The notes under the pieces are model-generated. The model saw only the letters and a program-made list of their open reading frames with translations, was not told the DNA's origin and did not search any database. A DNA stretch of 59,325 nt from Burkholderiales bacterium (GTDB taxonomy: Bacteria; Pseudomonadota; Gammaproteobacteria; Burkholderiales; SG8-41), in NCBI GenBank assembly GCA_041629335.1, contig JBFKNN010000002.1, positions 1 to 59,325 on the forward strand, read 5' to 3'. Made by a program: the position numbers and the translations under genes. Shown one piece after another: positions 20,665 to 31,162 of this stretch; positions within the stretch are counted from its first letter, which is position 1, and each line of letters opens with the position of its first letter.

Positions 20665-21624
20665 ATGACGGATCGAAGGCTGTTGTATTGCTTGATTATC
20701 TTCTCGGGCGTGTTCGCGCTCGCTGGCGGCGCTGCGGCCGACCAGGTGACGCTCAAGAACGGTGACCGGCTGAGCGGGCGAATCCTCACGCTCGACGATG
20801 AATCGGTGATCATCGAAACGAAGTACGCGGGCAAGATCCGGATACCGCGCAACGCTGTCGCGTCCGCCGCCACGGAAGACGCGGCCGGCATGGAATCCGC
20901 CAAGGCGGAAGCTGCCGCGCCGCCAGCCAAGGTCGCAGCAAGCCAGGCGCCCGCAGCGAAGCCGCCGGGCGGCGTAAAGCGCAAAGGCAGGATCAATCTC
21001 GCCGGCAACTTCCAGCGCGGCAACACCGTGACCGACCGCATCTACGGCGACGGGGAGTTCACCGAGCGTGCCGCGGACTACCGCTACACGCTGAGCGGAA
21101 AATTCAACCGCGTAAAGGAAGGCGATGTGAAGACCGCCTCGAGCGTGCTGGGACAGGCCAACTACGATCGTTTCCTCGACGCGGACACGTTCTGGTATCT
21201 TCGCGGCTCGGGCGAGCGCGACCGCTTCAAGGATGTCGCGCTGCGGACCACCGCAGGGGGCGGCTACGGGCTGCAGCTGCTCGATACCGAGCGCACCGAT
21301 CTCTCGGTGCGTGCCGGCCCGGACCTGGTGACGGTGAACCGCTTCCAGGGCAAGAACGAAACCTTTCCGGCTCTTGGCTGGGGCATAAAGCTTTCACATT
21401 GGGTGATCCCGGAGCGAGCCGAATTCTTTCATGACCAGGACGGCTTCTGGAATCTGGATGAGACCGGCGAGCTGACGCTGCGCACCCGCACCGGCGTTCG
21501 CGTGCCTCTCACGAACAGCCTGAATGCCAGCATGCAGGTCAATCTCGACTGGGAGAAGCAGCCCACGCCCGGCAGCAAATCGACCGACACCACGTGGCTG
21601 CTGGGACTCGGCTACACCTGGTGA
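20665..21624 (+). CDS. DUF481-family (YdiY-like) outer-membrane protein
   Basis: Signal peptide MTDRRLLYCLIIFSGVFALAGGAAA. The C-terminal half has the DUF481 pattern (RYTLSGKFNR..., ...WLLGLGYTW). Confidence 0.75.
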   Translation: MTDRRLLYCLIIFSGVFALAGGAAADQVTLKNGDRLSGRILTLDDESVIIETKYAGKIRIPRNAVASAATEDAAGMESAKAEAAAPPAKVAASQAPAAKPPGGVKRKGRINLAGNFQRGNTVTDRIYGDGEFTERAADYRYTLSGKFNRVKEGDVKTASSVLGQANYDRFLDADTFWYLRGSGERDRFKDVALRTTAGGGYGLQLLDTERTDLSVRAGPDLVTVNRFQGKNETFPALGWGIKLSHWVIPERAEFFHDQDGFWNLDETGELTLRTRTGVRVPLTNSLNASMQVNLDWEKQPTPGSKSTDTTWLLGLGYTW

Positions 21625-21649
21625 GGCGGCGCGCGCTACCGGGCGCGAC

Positions 21650-24349
21650 TCACCGTTCGTTCAGCACGAGCCGCGCGCGCTTCACCTTCGGGTCATCGGG
21701 GTCGGGGGAAACGGCAAAGCCGAGCGCCTCGCACAGCGCGAGCATGCTGTGGTTCGCCGCCAGGATGTGGCCGACCATCGCCTTGAGCCCGCGCGCCTTC
21801 GCCACGTCGATCAGCTGGATCATGAGCTTCCTGCCCAGCCCGCGGCGCTGCCATTCGTCCGAGACCACGATCGCGAACTCGCAAGTCTCGCCGTCCGGAT
21901 TGGTGATATAGCGGCAAACACCGATCTCGGCCTCGCCGCCGTCGCGCTCGACGGTGCCGATGAATGCCATCTCGCGGTCGTAATCGATCTGCGTGAAGCG
22001 CACGAGCATCATCGGCGTCAGTTCGCGCAGCGCGTCCATGAAGCGGAAATAGCGGCTTTCGGCCGACAGGCCGCGCACGAACTCGTGCTCGATGCGGGCA
22101 TCCTCGGGCCGGATCGGGCGAATCGTCACCTGTGGCCCCCCGGCCGGGTACCAGGTGCTCACCAGCTGCGCGGGATAGGGATGGATCGCCATGTGGCCGT
22201 AAGCGCCGCGCAGCGACACATGGCGCCCGACGACGACGCGGGCGTCCGCCGCAACAGCGCCGTCCTCGTCGACAATGAGCGGATTGATGTCGAGCTCCTC
22301 GATCTGCGGCAGCTCGCAGACCATCGCCGACACCCGCAGCAGCACGGATTCGAGCGCCGCCATGTTGACCGGCGGCAGGGCGCGGAACGCGCCAAGGAGC
22401 TTCGATACCTTGGTGCCGCGAATCATGTCGGCCACGAGAAATCCGTTGAGCGGCGGAAGCGCGACGGCGCGGTCGCGGTGCACCTCCACCTCGACACCGC
22501 CCGCGCCGAAGGTGATCGCCGGCCCGAACACCGGATCGCGCACGACGCCGATCATCAGCTCGCGGCCATTCGGGCGCACGACCATCGGCTGCACCGCAAT
22601 GCCGTTGACCCGCGCATCCGGCTTTGCGCGCGTGACGCTCGCAACGATCTCATCGTACGCCGCGCGCGCGGCCTGCGCGTTGTTGAGATTGAGCCGCACG
22701 CCCCCGACGTCGGTCTTGTGGGTCACGTCCGGCGAGTCGATCTTCATCGCCACCGGATAGCCGATCTCGCCGGCCAACAGCATCGCCTCGTGCGCGGAAC
22801 GCGCGACCACGGTGCGCGCGACGGGAATGCGAAAAGCCGAGAGCAGCGCCTTGGACTCCATCTCCCCCAGCACCTTGCGCCGTTCCCCCAGCGCAGCTTC
22901 GATGATGAGGCGCGCCGTATCGAGGTCGGGCGGCGCCTCGTCCGACAGCGGTCCCGGCGTCTGCAACAGGGCGCGCTGGTTGCGGTAGAAGGAAGACACG
23001 TGCGCAAACATCTCGACCGCAGGCTCCGGTGTGCGAAACACCGGAATGCCGGCCTCGATGAAGCGCTTGCGGCCCTCCGCAACCTGGGCTTCTCCCATCC
23101 AGCACGCGAGCACCGGCTTGCTCTGGCCGCGGGCGGCTTCGATGACCGCCGCCGCGGCAGCCGACGGCTCGGTCATCGCCTGCGGGGTGAGCATGACCAG
23201 CACCCCGTCCACGCCCGGATCGCGCAGGCATGCGCTCACCGCGGCGCGATAACGCTCCGCATCCGCGTCGCCGATCAGATCGACCGGATTGCCGTGCGAC
23301 CAGTTGGCCGGCAGCGCGCCCTTCAGCGCTTCGATCGTCGCGGTGGACAGCTCGGCGAGCGGGATGCCCAAGTCGGCCGCCCGATCCGCCGCCATCACGC
23401 CCGGGCCACCGCCGTTGGTCACCACGGCGAGCCGGTCGCCCTGCGGCCGCACGTGCGAGGCGAGCGCCTGCGCCGCAGCAACCAGCTGGCCGATAGTCGC
23501 GACCCTCACCACGCCGGCGCGTTTGACGACAGCATCGAAAACGTCGTCCGAGCCCACGATCGCCCCGGTGTGCGAGACGGCCGCGCGCGATCCGGACGGC
23601 TGCCGGCCGACTTTCAACAGGATCACCGGCTTCACGCGGGCCGCGGCGCGCAGGCTGGAGACGAAGCGCCGCGCGTCGCGCACGCCCTCGATGTAAAGAA
23701 GGATATGCTCGGTGCGCGGATCGTTCACCATGTAATCGATGATCTCGCCGAAATCGACGTCGGTCGACCCGCCGAGCGAGACGACGCTGGAGAAACCGAT
23801 GCGGTGCGGCCGCGCCCAGTCGAGCATCGCGGTGCAGACCGCGCCGGACTGCGAAATGAGCCCCAGCGTTCCGGCCACTGCGCCGCCGCGCGCAAACGTG
23901 GCGTTCATGCCGAGTTCCGGCCGCATCACACCGAGGCAGTTGGGGCCGATCACGCGCACGCGGTAGCGGCGCGCGTTCTCGAGCAGCGCGCGCTCGAGCT
24001 TCGCGCCGACGGCGCCCGTCTCCGAGAAGCCGGCGGTGATGATCACGATCGTCCGCACGCCTGCCTTGCCGCATTCTTCAACGAGATCGGGGATCGTTTG
24101 CGGCGGCGTCGCAATCACCGCCAGATCGAGCCGCTCAGGGACCTTGGCCACGCTCGGAAAGCACGGCACCCCGCGCACCTTCCCGTAGCGCGGGTTGACC
24201 GCGTACAGCGCGCCGCGGTAAGGCGCGGCCAGCATGTTCTCGATCAATATGGCGCCGATCGAGCCGGGTGTTTCGCTCGCGCCGACGACCGCCACCGAAG
24301 CCGGCTCGAACAGGGGCGAGAGGTGATGGCGGTCAAGCGGATGGGTCAT
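21650..24349 (-). CDS. pat: Bifunctional acyl-CoA synthetase (ADP-forming, NDP-forming type)/GNAT protein lysine acetyltransferase (Pat/PatZ-like)
   Basis: N-terminal CoA-binding VAVVGASETPGSIG, succinyl-CoA-synthetase-like and ATP-grasp regions, C-terminal GNAT with QRRGLGRKLM. Confidence 0.9.
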   Translation of the reverse strand: MTHPLDRHHLSPLFEPASVAVVGASETPGSIGAILIENMLAAPYRGALYAVNPRYGKVRGVPCFPSVAKVPERLDLAVIATPPQTIPDLVEECGKAGVRTIVIITAGFSETGAVGAKLERALLENARRYRVRVIGPNCLGVMRPELGMNATFARGGAVAGTLGLISQSGAVCTAMLDWARPHRIGFSSVVSLGGSTDVDFGEIIDYMVNDPRTEHILLYIEGVRDARRFVSSLRAAARVKPVILLKVGRQPSGSRAAVSHTGAIVGSDDVFDAVVKRAGVVRVATIGQLVAAAQALASHVRPQGDRLAVVTNGGGPGVMAADRAADLGIPLAELSTATIEALKGALPANWSHGNPVDLIGDADAERYRAAVSACLRDPGVDGVLVMLTPQAMTEPSAAAAAVIEAARGQSKPVLACWMGEAQVAEGRKRFIEAGIPVFRTPEPAVEMFAHVSSFYRNQRALLQTPGPLSDEAPPDLDTARLIIEAALGERRKVLGEMESKALLSAFRIPVARTVVARSAHEAMLLAGEIGYPVAMKIDSPDVTHKTDVGGVRLNLNNAQAARAAYDEIVASVTRAKPDARVNGIAVQPMVVRPNGRELMIGVVRDPVFGPAITFGAGGVEVEVHRDRAVALPPLNGFLVADMIRGTKVSKLLGAFRALPPVNMAALESVLLRVSAMVCELPQIEELDINPLIVDEDGAVAADARVVVGRHVSLRGAYGHMAIHPYPAQLVSTWYPAGGPQVTIRPIRPEDARIEHEFVRGLSAESRYFRFMDALRELTPMMLVRFTQIDYDREMAFIGTVERDGGEAEIGVCRYITNPDGETCEFAIVVSDEWQRRGLGRKLMIQLIDVAKARGLKAMVGHILAANHSMLALCEALGFAVSPDPDDPKVKRARLVLNER

Positions 24350-24537
24350 GGTCGAGGGTGTTCCAGCAGTCCGGTAGATGGTACGACGTATGCCGGGCCA
24401 AAATCATGATCTTTATCAACAACCGCCTGCGGAGTATCATCAGTCTTTCGCAGCGGTTGCGCATGGCCATTGCAAGTATTGCCATGTGGCGCCATAGCTG
24501 CAACAATTTTCCCTGGCATACTCTCGTATCGGAACCC

Positions 24538-24741
24538 GTGATCTCCATCGTTGTGAATGGTGAAGCCCGGACGTTCAACCCGCCGCTCAATTGCGCCGAG
24601 CTGATCGACCGACTCGAGCTCGCGGGCAAGCGCGTCGCGCTCGAGCGCAACGGCGAGATCGTGCCGCGCAGCCGCTTTCCCGAGCAGATGCTCGCCGACG
24701 GCGACCGGCTCGAGATCGTGGTGGCGGTCGGCGGAGGTTGA
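24538..24741 (+). CDS. thiS: Sulfur carrier protein ThiS
   Basis: About 67 aa ending in VVAVGGG. GTG 24538 is in frame within ORF 24268..24741. Lies directly upstream of thiG. Confidence 0.85.
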   Translation: MISIVVNGEARTFNPPLNCAELIDRLELAGKRVALERNGEIVPRSRFPEQMLADGDRLEIVVAVGGG

Positions 24742-24827
24742 TTGCTCGACGAACTGTGGCCGACCACCGGTGACTGGTAGGATGTACGGCGCTACTCGCT
24801 TAATTCTGGATCCCGAGCCCTGTCCTT

Positions 24828-25631
24828 ATGAAACCTCATGAAAACCTCGACGCGCTGGTCATCGCCGGCAAGTCTTATGCATCGCGGCTGCTGGTCGGCA
24901 CCGGCAAGTACAAGGATTTCGCGGAAACCAAGGCCGCGATAGAGGCGAGCGGCGCGCAGATCGTCACCGTCGCCATCCGCCGCACCAATATCGGCCAGAA
25001 TGCCGGCGAGCCGAGCCTGCTCGATTACGTGCCGCCGTCGAAGTACACGCTGCTGCCGAATACGGCGGGCTGTTATACGGCGGACGACGCGGTGCGCACG
25101 CTGCGCCTGGCCCGTGAGCTGCTGGACGGGCACGAGCTCGTCAAGCTCGAGGTCCTGGGCGATCCCCGGAGCCTGTACCCGAACGTGGTCGAGACGTTGA
25201 ACGCAGCCCGGACCCTGGTCAAGGAAGGGTTCAAGGTCATGGTGTATACCTCCGACGACCCGATCATCGCCCGCGAGCTGGAGGCCATCGGCTGCGTCGC
25301 GGTGATGCCGCTTGCCTCGCTGATCGGCTCCGGCATGGGGATCCTGAATCCCTGGAACCTCGAGATCATCATCGAGCACGCGAAGGTACCGGTGCTGGTG
25401 GATGCCGGTGTCGGCACTGCGTCCGATGCGGCGATCGCGATGGAACTCGGCTGCGACGGCGTCCTCATGAACACGGCCATCGCGGGGGCCGAGAATCCGG
25501 TGCTGATGGCCTCGGCCATGCGCAAGGCGGTGGAAGCCGGCCGCGAGGCGTTCCTCGCAGGCCGCATGCCGAAAAAGCTGTACTCCGCGTCGCCCAGCTC
25601 GCCGACCACGGGTTTGATCACCAAGCCCTGA
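24828..25631 (+). CDS. thiG: Thiazole synthase
   Basis: [19 protein letters not shown]..., [18 protein letters not shown]-type motifs across the full length. Confidence 0.95.
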   Translation: MKPHENLDALVIAGKSYASRLLVGTGKYKDFAETKAAIEASGAQIVTVAIRRTNIGQNAGEPSLLDYVPPSKYTLLPNTAGCYTADDAVRTLRLARELLDGHELVKLEVLGDPRSLYPNVVETLNAARTLVKEGFKVMVYTSDDPIIARELEAIGCVAVMPLASLIGSGMGILNPWNLEIIIEHAKVPVLVDAGVGTASDAAIAMELGCDGVLMNTAIAGAENPVLMASAMRKAVEAGREAFLAGRMPKKLYSASPSSPTTGLITKP

Positions 25632-25643
25632 GTACGCGTAACG

Positions 25644-25835
25644 AAAAGAACTGAACCGCCAAGACGCCAAGAAAATCAAATTCCACTAAGAACCAAGAGC
25701 CAAACCTTTATTAACCTCGGCGTGTCTGCATCTACCCTGCCCGGGAGGTTCCGGTTTGTTAATGGTTTTGGTCCGTTCTTGGCTTTGTTCTAATTCTTGT
25801 TCCGTTTTTCTTGGCGGTCTTGGCGGTTCGATTTT
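25644..25835. repeat. Long imperfect inverted repeat, AT-richer than its surroundings, with GCCAAGA-type arms (CCGCCAAGACGCCAAGAAAA ... TTTTTCTTGGCGGTCTTGGCGG)
   Basis: Read directly. Fills the gap between the convergent thiG and the GGDEF/EAL gene. Confidence 0.8.
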
Positions 25836-25839
25836 ATTT

Positions 25840-28800
25840 TTACGCCGCGAATGTGTGAGCCTGCGACTTCCACTCGCCCAACAGATTGAACAGATCGTCC
25901 GCCGGCAGCGGCCGGCTGAAGTAATATCCCTGCGCGCGGTCGCAGCCCAGCCGCTTGAGGAACGCCAGCTGTTCCGCCGTCTCGACGCCTTCCGCGACCA
26001 CCAGCAGCCCAAGGCTGTGCGCCATGGCGACGATGGCGGTAACGATCGCCGCGTCGTCCGCATCTATAGTGATGTCGCGGACAAACGACTGATCGATCTT
26101 CAGCTTGTCGATCGGGAAACGCTTGAGGTAGCTCAAGCTCGAGTAGCCGGTGCCGAAATCGTCGATCGAGAGGTGGACCCCCAGGTCGCTCAGCGTGGAG
26201 ACCTTGTCCACCGTCTCGTCGGCATGCTGGATGATGAGGCTCTCGGTAATCTCCAGCTCGAGGCTCTCTGCCGGCAGGTGCGTATGCTCCAGGACCCGCG
26301 CCACCGAGTTCGCCAGGCCCTCGCGGCGGAACTGCTGCGGTGAGAAATTGACAGCCACCTGAAGGCGCGGGTGACCGCGGCGCTGCCAATCATGCGCCTG
26401 GGTGCAGGCCGCGCGCAGCACCCACTCGCCGATCGGGTTGATCAGGCCGTTTTCCTCCGCTGCCCGGATGAATTCTCCCGGCGCGACCAGTCCGCGCTGC
26501 GGATGGCGCCACCGGATCAGGGCCTCGACGGCGACGATCTCCCCCGTTTGGAGGTCGAGCTGCGGCTGGTAGTGCAAGACGAATTCCTCCCGCTCCAGGG
26601 CGTGGCGCAAGTCGCGTTCGAGCGCCAGCCGCTGGTACGCCGCAGCGTTCATCTCCCGGGTGAAGAACTGGTAGTTGTTGCGGCCCATCTCCTTGGCGTG
26701 ATACATCGCGGCGTCCGCGTTGCGCATCAGCGTCTCGACGTCCGACCCGTCCTCCGGGTACGCGCAGATGCCAATGCTGGGCGTCACGTGCAGTTCGTGG
26801 CCGTCGATCTCGGCTGGCTGCGACAGCGATGCCAGGATCTTCTGCGCCACTATGCCGCAGTCCGCCAGTTGAGCGAGGTCGGTCAGCACCACCACGAACT
26901 CATCTCCGCCGAGCCGCGACACCGTGTCCGTGCCGCGCGTGCATGCAACGAGACGCTCCGCGACGACGCGCAGCAGGCGGTCGCCGGCCGGGTGCCCGAG
27001 CGAATCGTTGACGTTCTTGAAGCGGTCGAGGTCGATGAAGAGGACGGCGGTCGGCCGGCCGCTGCGCTGCGCCTGCGCAATGCCCTGCCTGACGCGGTCG
27101 TAGAGCAGTGCCCGGTTCGGCAGGTCGGTCAGTGCATCGTAATGCGCCATGTGCTGGATGCGCTCCTCGACCTGCTTCTGCTCGGTGACGTCGCGGCCGG
27201 TGCCGCGGTACCCGTTGAATCGGCCCTGCTCGTCATAGATCGGCCGCCCGCTAACGCTGATCGTGCGCAGACTGCCCTTCAGGTCGTAGCGCCGGAATTC
27301 GAAATCGGCGAACGGCCGGTGCGCCTCGAGGTCGGCCTTGTGCGACACCCATTGGGACTCCGGCGTGGCAAGGCGCGAGAATTCCCATCGCCGCCGGCCG
27401 ATGTCCTCTGCGGGGTCGAGGTCGAACTGCTGCATCTTGGAAGAGAGCTGGGTTACGCGGAACTTGTCATCCTGCTCCCAGTACCAGTCCGAGGAGAGCT
27501 CGGTCAGGTCGCGGAACCGCTCCTCGCTCTCGCGCAACGCCGCTTCGGCCTCTTTCAGCCCGGTGATGTCGGTGATCGCGCCGATCAGACCGGCAACCCG
27601 GCCCTCCGCGCTGGTAAAGGTGGCCTTGTTGTAAATGGTGTGGTGGACGGTGTTGTCGGCCGCGATGATGGACGCTTCGTAAGACTGGCTGCCCGGGCGC
27701 GCGAACAGTTCCTGATCCATCGCGTGGTGGCGCCGCGCCAGTTGCTGGTTCTCGGGGTACAGCTCGAAGACCGTCTTGCCGATGAACTGCTCGCGCGAAA
27801 TGCCGAAGAATCGTTCCCACGCCTTGTTCACACCGAGATAGCGGCCCTGGTCGTCCTTGAAGAAGATCGGCTGCGGCACGCTCTCGATCAGTTGCTGGAT
27901 GAAGCGCAGCTGCTCGCGCAGCCCCTCGGCCGCGCGCACGGCGGTCGCCTGGTCCGCCAGCTTGAGGGCGCGCTCGCGCGATATCGTGAGCATCCAGATG
28001 AGCCAGAACAGCAGCAAGCTCGTCAGCAGCCCCGCGACAAACACCACCATCGGCAACGCCTGCTCCGCTCCGAACGCGGCCGCGGGCATGCTGAAGGTGA
28101 GCCGCCACTGACGTCCGGCGACCTGCAGCGTGGCAACCTGCAATTGACCCTCGGCATCGTCGCCGTCAGTCCCCGCCTGGGGCCGGCTGTCGAATAGCAG
28201 CTGCGGCGCCAGCTCGGACGAGCTTGCGGCGGATGATCCGATGTCGTGGATGACCAAGTTGAAATCGACGCCGATCTGCTTGCCGAGCACGTTCGCCACC
28301 AGCTCACGCATGTGCATTACTACCGCAACGATGCCATCGAATGCCGCCCGCCGCTGCTCGACCGTGCCCACCGGGAACCCCGGCCGGTAGATCGCAATGC
28401 GCACTGCGAAAGAGATCTGGCTGGGGTCGACCGACGCCGCGAACGGCGCGGAGGCCACCGGCTCACCGCTGTCGCGCGCGCGGTCGATCTCGGCACGCCG
28501 CACAGGATCGGCAATGAGATCCAGGCCGAGCGCCGTCCGGTTTTCGGCCATCGGCTCGATGAACTCGACCACCACATACTCGTCTCGCTCGCCCGGAGGC
28601 CGGACCGCGAATTCCGGATACCCTGCGGGATCGACGCTAAGATCGCTGCGGACGCGGATTTCGAACTCCCGCTTTCTTGCGCTCCGAACCAGGGGCGCAT
28701 AAGACACCAGCCGCAATCCCGCGGCACCCCGCTCCACGCCCAGGCTCGACACGTAAACCTGGAAATCCTTTCGCCTCACCCGCTCCGATGCCAGCAGAAA

Positions 28801-29040
28801 GCCCCTCAGTCCGAACAGGTGGTCGATGTTGTCCTTGATCTGCCGATCAATGGCATCGACGGCGCGTGCGACGTCGGCTTGGAAACCGCGCGACGCCTGC
28901 GCGTTCACCTGCTGGTGGGTAAACCACCAGGCGACGAGTGACGCAGCGATGCCGATGACGAGAACGAGAAAAGCCGGGCGGGCCTGGCGTAGGATTTTCG
29001 CCAGCTCCGGCTGCAGCAGCGTGCGTTTGACGAGCGACAG
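25840..29040 (-). CDS. Membrane c-di-GMP turnover protein: TM - CHASE - TM - PAS x2 - GGDEF - EAL
   Basis: CHASE-like periplasmic region, PAS domains, RLGGDEFVV (GGDEF), VEALIRW and [10 protein letters not shown] (EAL). The track starts it at GTG 28908, but the frame stays open upstream and encodes the N-terminal TM helix. The proposed start is CTG 29040 after a GGAGG (see findings). Confidence 0.9.
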   Translation of the reverse strand: MSLVKRTLLQPELAKILRQARPAFLVLVIGIAASLVAWWFTHQQVNAQASRGFQADVARAVDAIDRQIKDNIDHLFGLRGFLLASERVRRKDFQVYVSSLGVERGAAGLRLVSYAPLVRSARKREFEIRVRSDLSVDPAGYPEFAVRPPGERDEYVVVEFIEPMAENRTALGLDLIADPVRRAEIDRARDSGEPVASAPFAASVDPSQISFAVRIAIYRPGFPVGTVEQRRAAFDGIVAVVMHMRELVANVLGKQIGVDFNLVIHDIGSSAASSSELAPQLLFDSRPQAGTDGDDAEGQLQVATLQVAGRQWRLTFSMPAAAFGAEQALPMVVFVAGLLTSLLLFWLIWMLTISRERALKLADQATAVRAAEGLREQLRFIQQLIESVPQPIFFKDDQGRYLGVNKAWERFFGISREQFIGKTVFELYPENQQLARRHHAMDQELFARPGSQSYEASIIAADNTVHHTIYNKATFTSAEGRVAGLIGAITDITGLKEAEAALRESEERFRDLTELSSDWYWEQDDKFRVTQLSSKMQQFDLDPAEDIGRRRWEFSRLATPESQWVSHKADLEAHRPFADFEFRRYDLKGSLRTISVSGRPIYDEQGRFNGYRGTGRDVTEQKQVEERIQHMAHYDALTDLPNRALLYDRVRQGIAQAQRSGRPTAVLFIDLDRFKNVNDSLGHPAGDRLLRVVAERLVACTRGTDTVSRLGGDEFVVVLTDLAQLADCGIVAQKILASLSQPAEIDGHELHVTPSIGICAYPEDGSDVETLMRNADAAMYHAKEMGRNNYQFFTREMNAAAYQRLALERDLRHALEREEFVLHYQPQLDLQTGEIVAVEALIRWRHPQRGLVAPGEFIRAAEENGLINPIGEWVLRAACTQAHDWQRRGHPRLQVAVNFSPQQFRREGLANSVARVLEHTHLPAESLELEITESLIIQHADETVDKVSTLSDLGVHLSIDDFGTGYSSLSYLKRFPIDKLKIDQSFVRDITIDADDAAIVTAIVAMAHSLGLLVVAEGVETAEQLAFLKRLGCDRAQGYYFSRPLPADDLFNLLGEWKSQAHTFAA

Positions 29041-29226
29041 TATGCTGCCCTCCTCGGCGGCGTTTGCCGCGTAACATACCCTTTTTACCGGGCGACTTCA
29101 AACCAGGCGCGTCACGTCGCGTCCCCCGATTCATCGGTACGGTGGCACGCGGCTGCCTGTATTCCCCACTGTAAATCTGCGACAATCCGCGGCGCGGCCG
29201 CCGCGCTATTCCGGCCCTGTCACGTC

Positions 29227-29901
29227 ATGACCGCTCAACACCGACCGATCCGAAGCTACGTCCTGCGCCAGGGTCGCGTCACCGCGGCGCAACGCCGTGC
29301 CTGCGAGTCGTTGCTCCCGCGTTTTGGCATTCCATTCAGCGCAAGCGCGCTCGATCTCGATCAGCCCTTCGGCCGCAAGGCGCCCAGGTTCCTCGAGATC
29401 GGCTTCGGGATGGGGGAGACGACCGCCCGGATTGCTGCGGCGCATCCCGAAAACGACTATCTTGGAATAGAGGTCCACACGCCGGGCGTGGGCAGCCTGC
29501 TCAAGCGCATCGACGAGGTCGGGCTCACCAACGTGCGCGTGATCCAGCACGATGCCGTCGAGGTGCTCGCGCACATGCTGGCGCCCGCGACGCTCGACGG
29601 CGCGCACATCTTTTTCCCCGACCCGTGGCCCAAGAAGCGCCACCACAAGCGGCGGCTGATCCAGGCGCCGTTCGTTGCGCTGCTCGCCTCGCGTCTCAAG
29701 CCGGGCGCGTACCTGCACGTCGCGACCGACTGGTTCGACTATGCGGAGCAGATCCTCGCCGTCCTCGCGGCCGAGCCCCTGCTGGCGAACACCGCGCCGG
29801 GCTTCGCCCCGCGCCCGGACTACCGGCCGCAGACGAAGTTCGAGAGCCGCGGGCTCAGGCTCGGCCACGGCGTCTGGGACATCGTGTTCCGCAAGCGCTG
29901 A
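29227..29901 (+). CDS. trmB: tRNA (guanine46-N7)-methyltransferase
   Basis: [10 protein letters not shown] (SAM site) and [15 protein letters not shown]. Confidence 0.92.
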   Translation: MTAQHRPIRSYVLRQGRVTAAQRRACESLLPRFGIPFSASALDLDQPFGRKAPRFLEIGFGMGETTARIAAAHPENDYLGIEVHTPGVGSLLKRIDEVGLTNVRVIQHDAVEVLAHMLAPATLDGAHIFFPDPWPKKRHHKRRLIQAPFVALLASRLKPGAYLHVATDWFDYAEQILAVLAAEPLLANTAPGFAPRPDYRPQTKFESRGLRLGHGVWDIVFRKR

Positions 29902-29932
29902 GGCAATCGGCCGCGAGCCGGGGCGGAAAAGA

Positions 29933-29958
29933 AAACGGCAGCCCGCGGGCTGCCGTTT
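29933..29958. terminator. Perfect GC-rich palindrome between the convergent trmB and Bug genes; probable bidirectional intrinsic terminator
   Basis: AAACGGCAGCCCG/CGGGCTGCCGTTT, a 13-bp perfect stem flanked by A-run and T-run. Confidence 0.7.
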
Positions 29959-29976
29959 CCCGGAACGAGCGGGCGC

Positions 29977-30951
29977 CTACTGAACGCCGCCGATTCCGGC
30001 TTCCTTGATCAGCTTGCCCCAGCGCTGGTTCTCGCTGGCGATGAACGCCGCGAATTGCTCCGGCGTGCTCGACACCGCCTCCACGCCGAGATTGCCCAGT
30101 TTCTCCTTCACCTCCGGGGCCACCAGCGCCCTGGCCAGATCTGCGGCGACCTTGTCGATCATGGGCTTGGGCACACCCGCAGGGAACAGGATGCCCCACC
30201 AGTTGGACGCAGCGAATCCCTGGATGCCCTCCTCGGCCAGCGTCGGCAGCTCAGGCGTGAACGGCGTGCGCTGCTCGCTGGTCACCGCCAGCGCGCGCAG
30301 CTTGCCTGCTCTGATGTTGGACATCACCGGCTGCGCGTCGGAGAACATCATCATGATATGGCCGCCCTGCACTGCGGCGATCGAGTACACGCCACCCTGA
30401 TAGGGCACGGTGACGATATCGACGCCGGCGAGGCGCTTGAACATCTCGCCCGACAGGTGCGACATGCTGCCCGCGCCGCTCGTGCCGTAAGTCAACTCGC
30501 CGGGGCGGGCCTTGGCCAGCGCCACCAGCCCCTTCACGTTCTTCACCGGCAGCGTCACCGGCACCACGAGGATGTTGGCCGCGCGCGTGATCTGGGACAC
30601 CGGCACGAAATCCTTTGCCACGTTGTACTTCACCTTGTTCAGCAGCGGGTTGGCCGTCACCGGCCCGAAATTGCCGAGCAGGAACGTGTAGCCGTCAGCC
30701 GGCTGCTTGGCGGCGTATTCCATCCCGACCGCGCCCGCCGCACCGGGCCGGGAATCGACCAGCACCTGCTGGCCCCACATCCGGGTCAGTTCCATGCCAA
30801 TAATCCGCGCCATGGCGTCGGAGCTGCCGCCCGCCGGATAGGTGACGACGAACTTCACCGGCTTGGCCGGATAGGTCTGAGCCTGCGCGACGCTCCCGGC
30901 CAGCGCGGCGGCGGCGACTACACAGGCAATGCCTCCCTTGAAATGCCTCAT
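29977..30951 (-). CDS. Bug-family (TctC-like) tripartite tricarboxylate transporter substrate-binding protein
   Basis: Signal peptide MRHFKGGIACVVAAAALAGSVAQAQ, then TYPAKPVKFVVTYPAGGSSD and the Bug-family pattern. Start at the internal ATG 30951. Confidence 0.9.
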   Translation of the reverse strand: MRHFKGGIACVVAAAALAGSVAQAQTYPAKPVKFVVTYPAGGSSDAMARIIGMELTRMWGQQVLVDSRPGAAGAVGMEYAAKQPADGYTFLLGNFGPVTANPLLNKVKYNVAKDFVPVSQITRAANILVVPVTLPVKNVKGLVALAKARPGELTYGTSGAGSMSHLSGEMFKRLAGVDIVTVPYQGGVYSIAAVQGGHIMMMFSDAQPVMSNIRAGKLRALAVTSEQRTPFTPELPTLAEEGIQGFAASNWWGILFPAGVPKPMIDKVAADLARALVAPEVKEKLGNLGVEAVSSTPEQFAAFIASENQRWGKLIKEAGIGGVQ

Positions 30952-31162
30952 TTGCACCACTCCTTCCCTTTTTGATTCGATGAATTTGGACATCAGCGGG
31001 GCGCGAGCGCGTCCGGCGGTGCCGTGTTCTGGTCTTGCGTCCTTTGATCCTGTTGAAATCCCAGAGGGGGCGCCGGTGAAGAGCGCACCCCCGCGTCAAC
31101 GCACCCGTTGAGCGCGGGCTATTCTATAGCCGGGCTTGGGAAAAGCAACCGCCGTCGGCGCG

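Noticed and set aside
21524-24409. 961-aa plus-strand ORF
   Set aside because: It is antisense to the Pat-like acyl-CoA synthetase/GNAT gene. Its translation is dominated by R, A, H, D and G runs.
24487-24502. Sigma-54-like motif TGGCGCCATAGCTGCA upstream of thiS
   Set aside because: The GG-N10-GC spacing is correct. However, the -12 box is CTGCA, no activator sites or enhancer-binding protein gene are nearby, and sigma-54 control of thiS has no precedent that I know of. It is probably a chance match in GC-rich DNA.
24400-24537. Possible TPP riboswitch upstream of thiS-thiG
   Set aside because: I looked for the conserved CTGAGA and ACCTGATCTGGATAATGCCAGCG-like cores and found neither. The leader is short and shared with the divergent pat gene.
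26371-28197. 608-aa plus-strand ORF
   Set aside because: It is antisense to the CHASE-PAS-GGDEF-EAL gene, which carries unmistakable GGDEF and EAL motifs.
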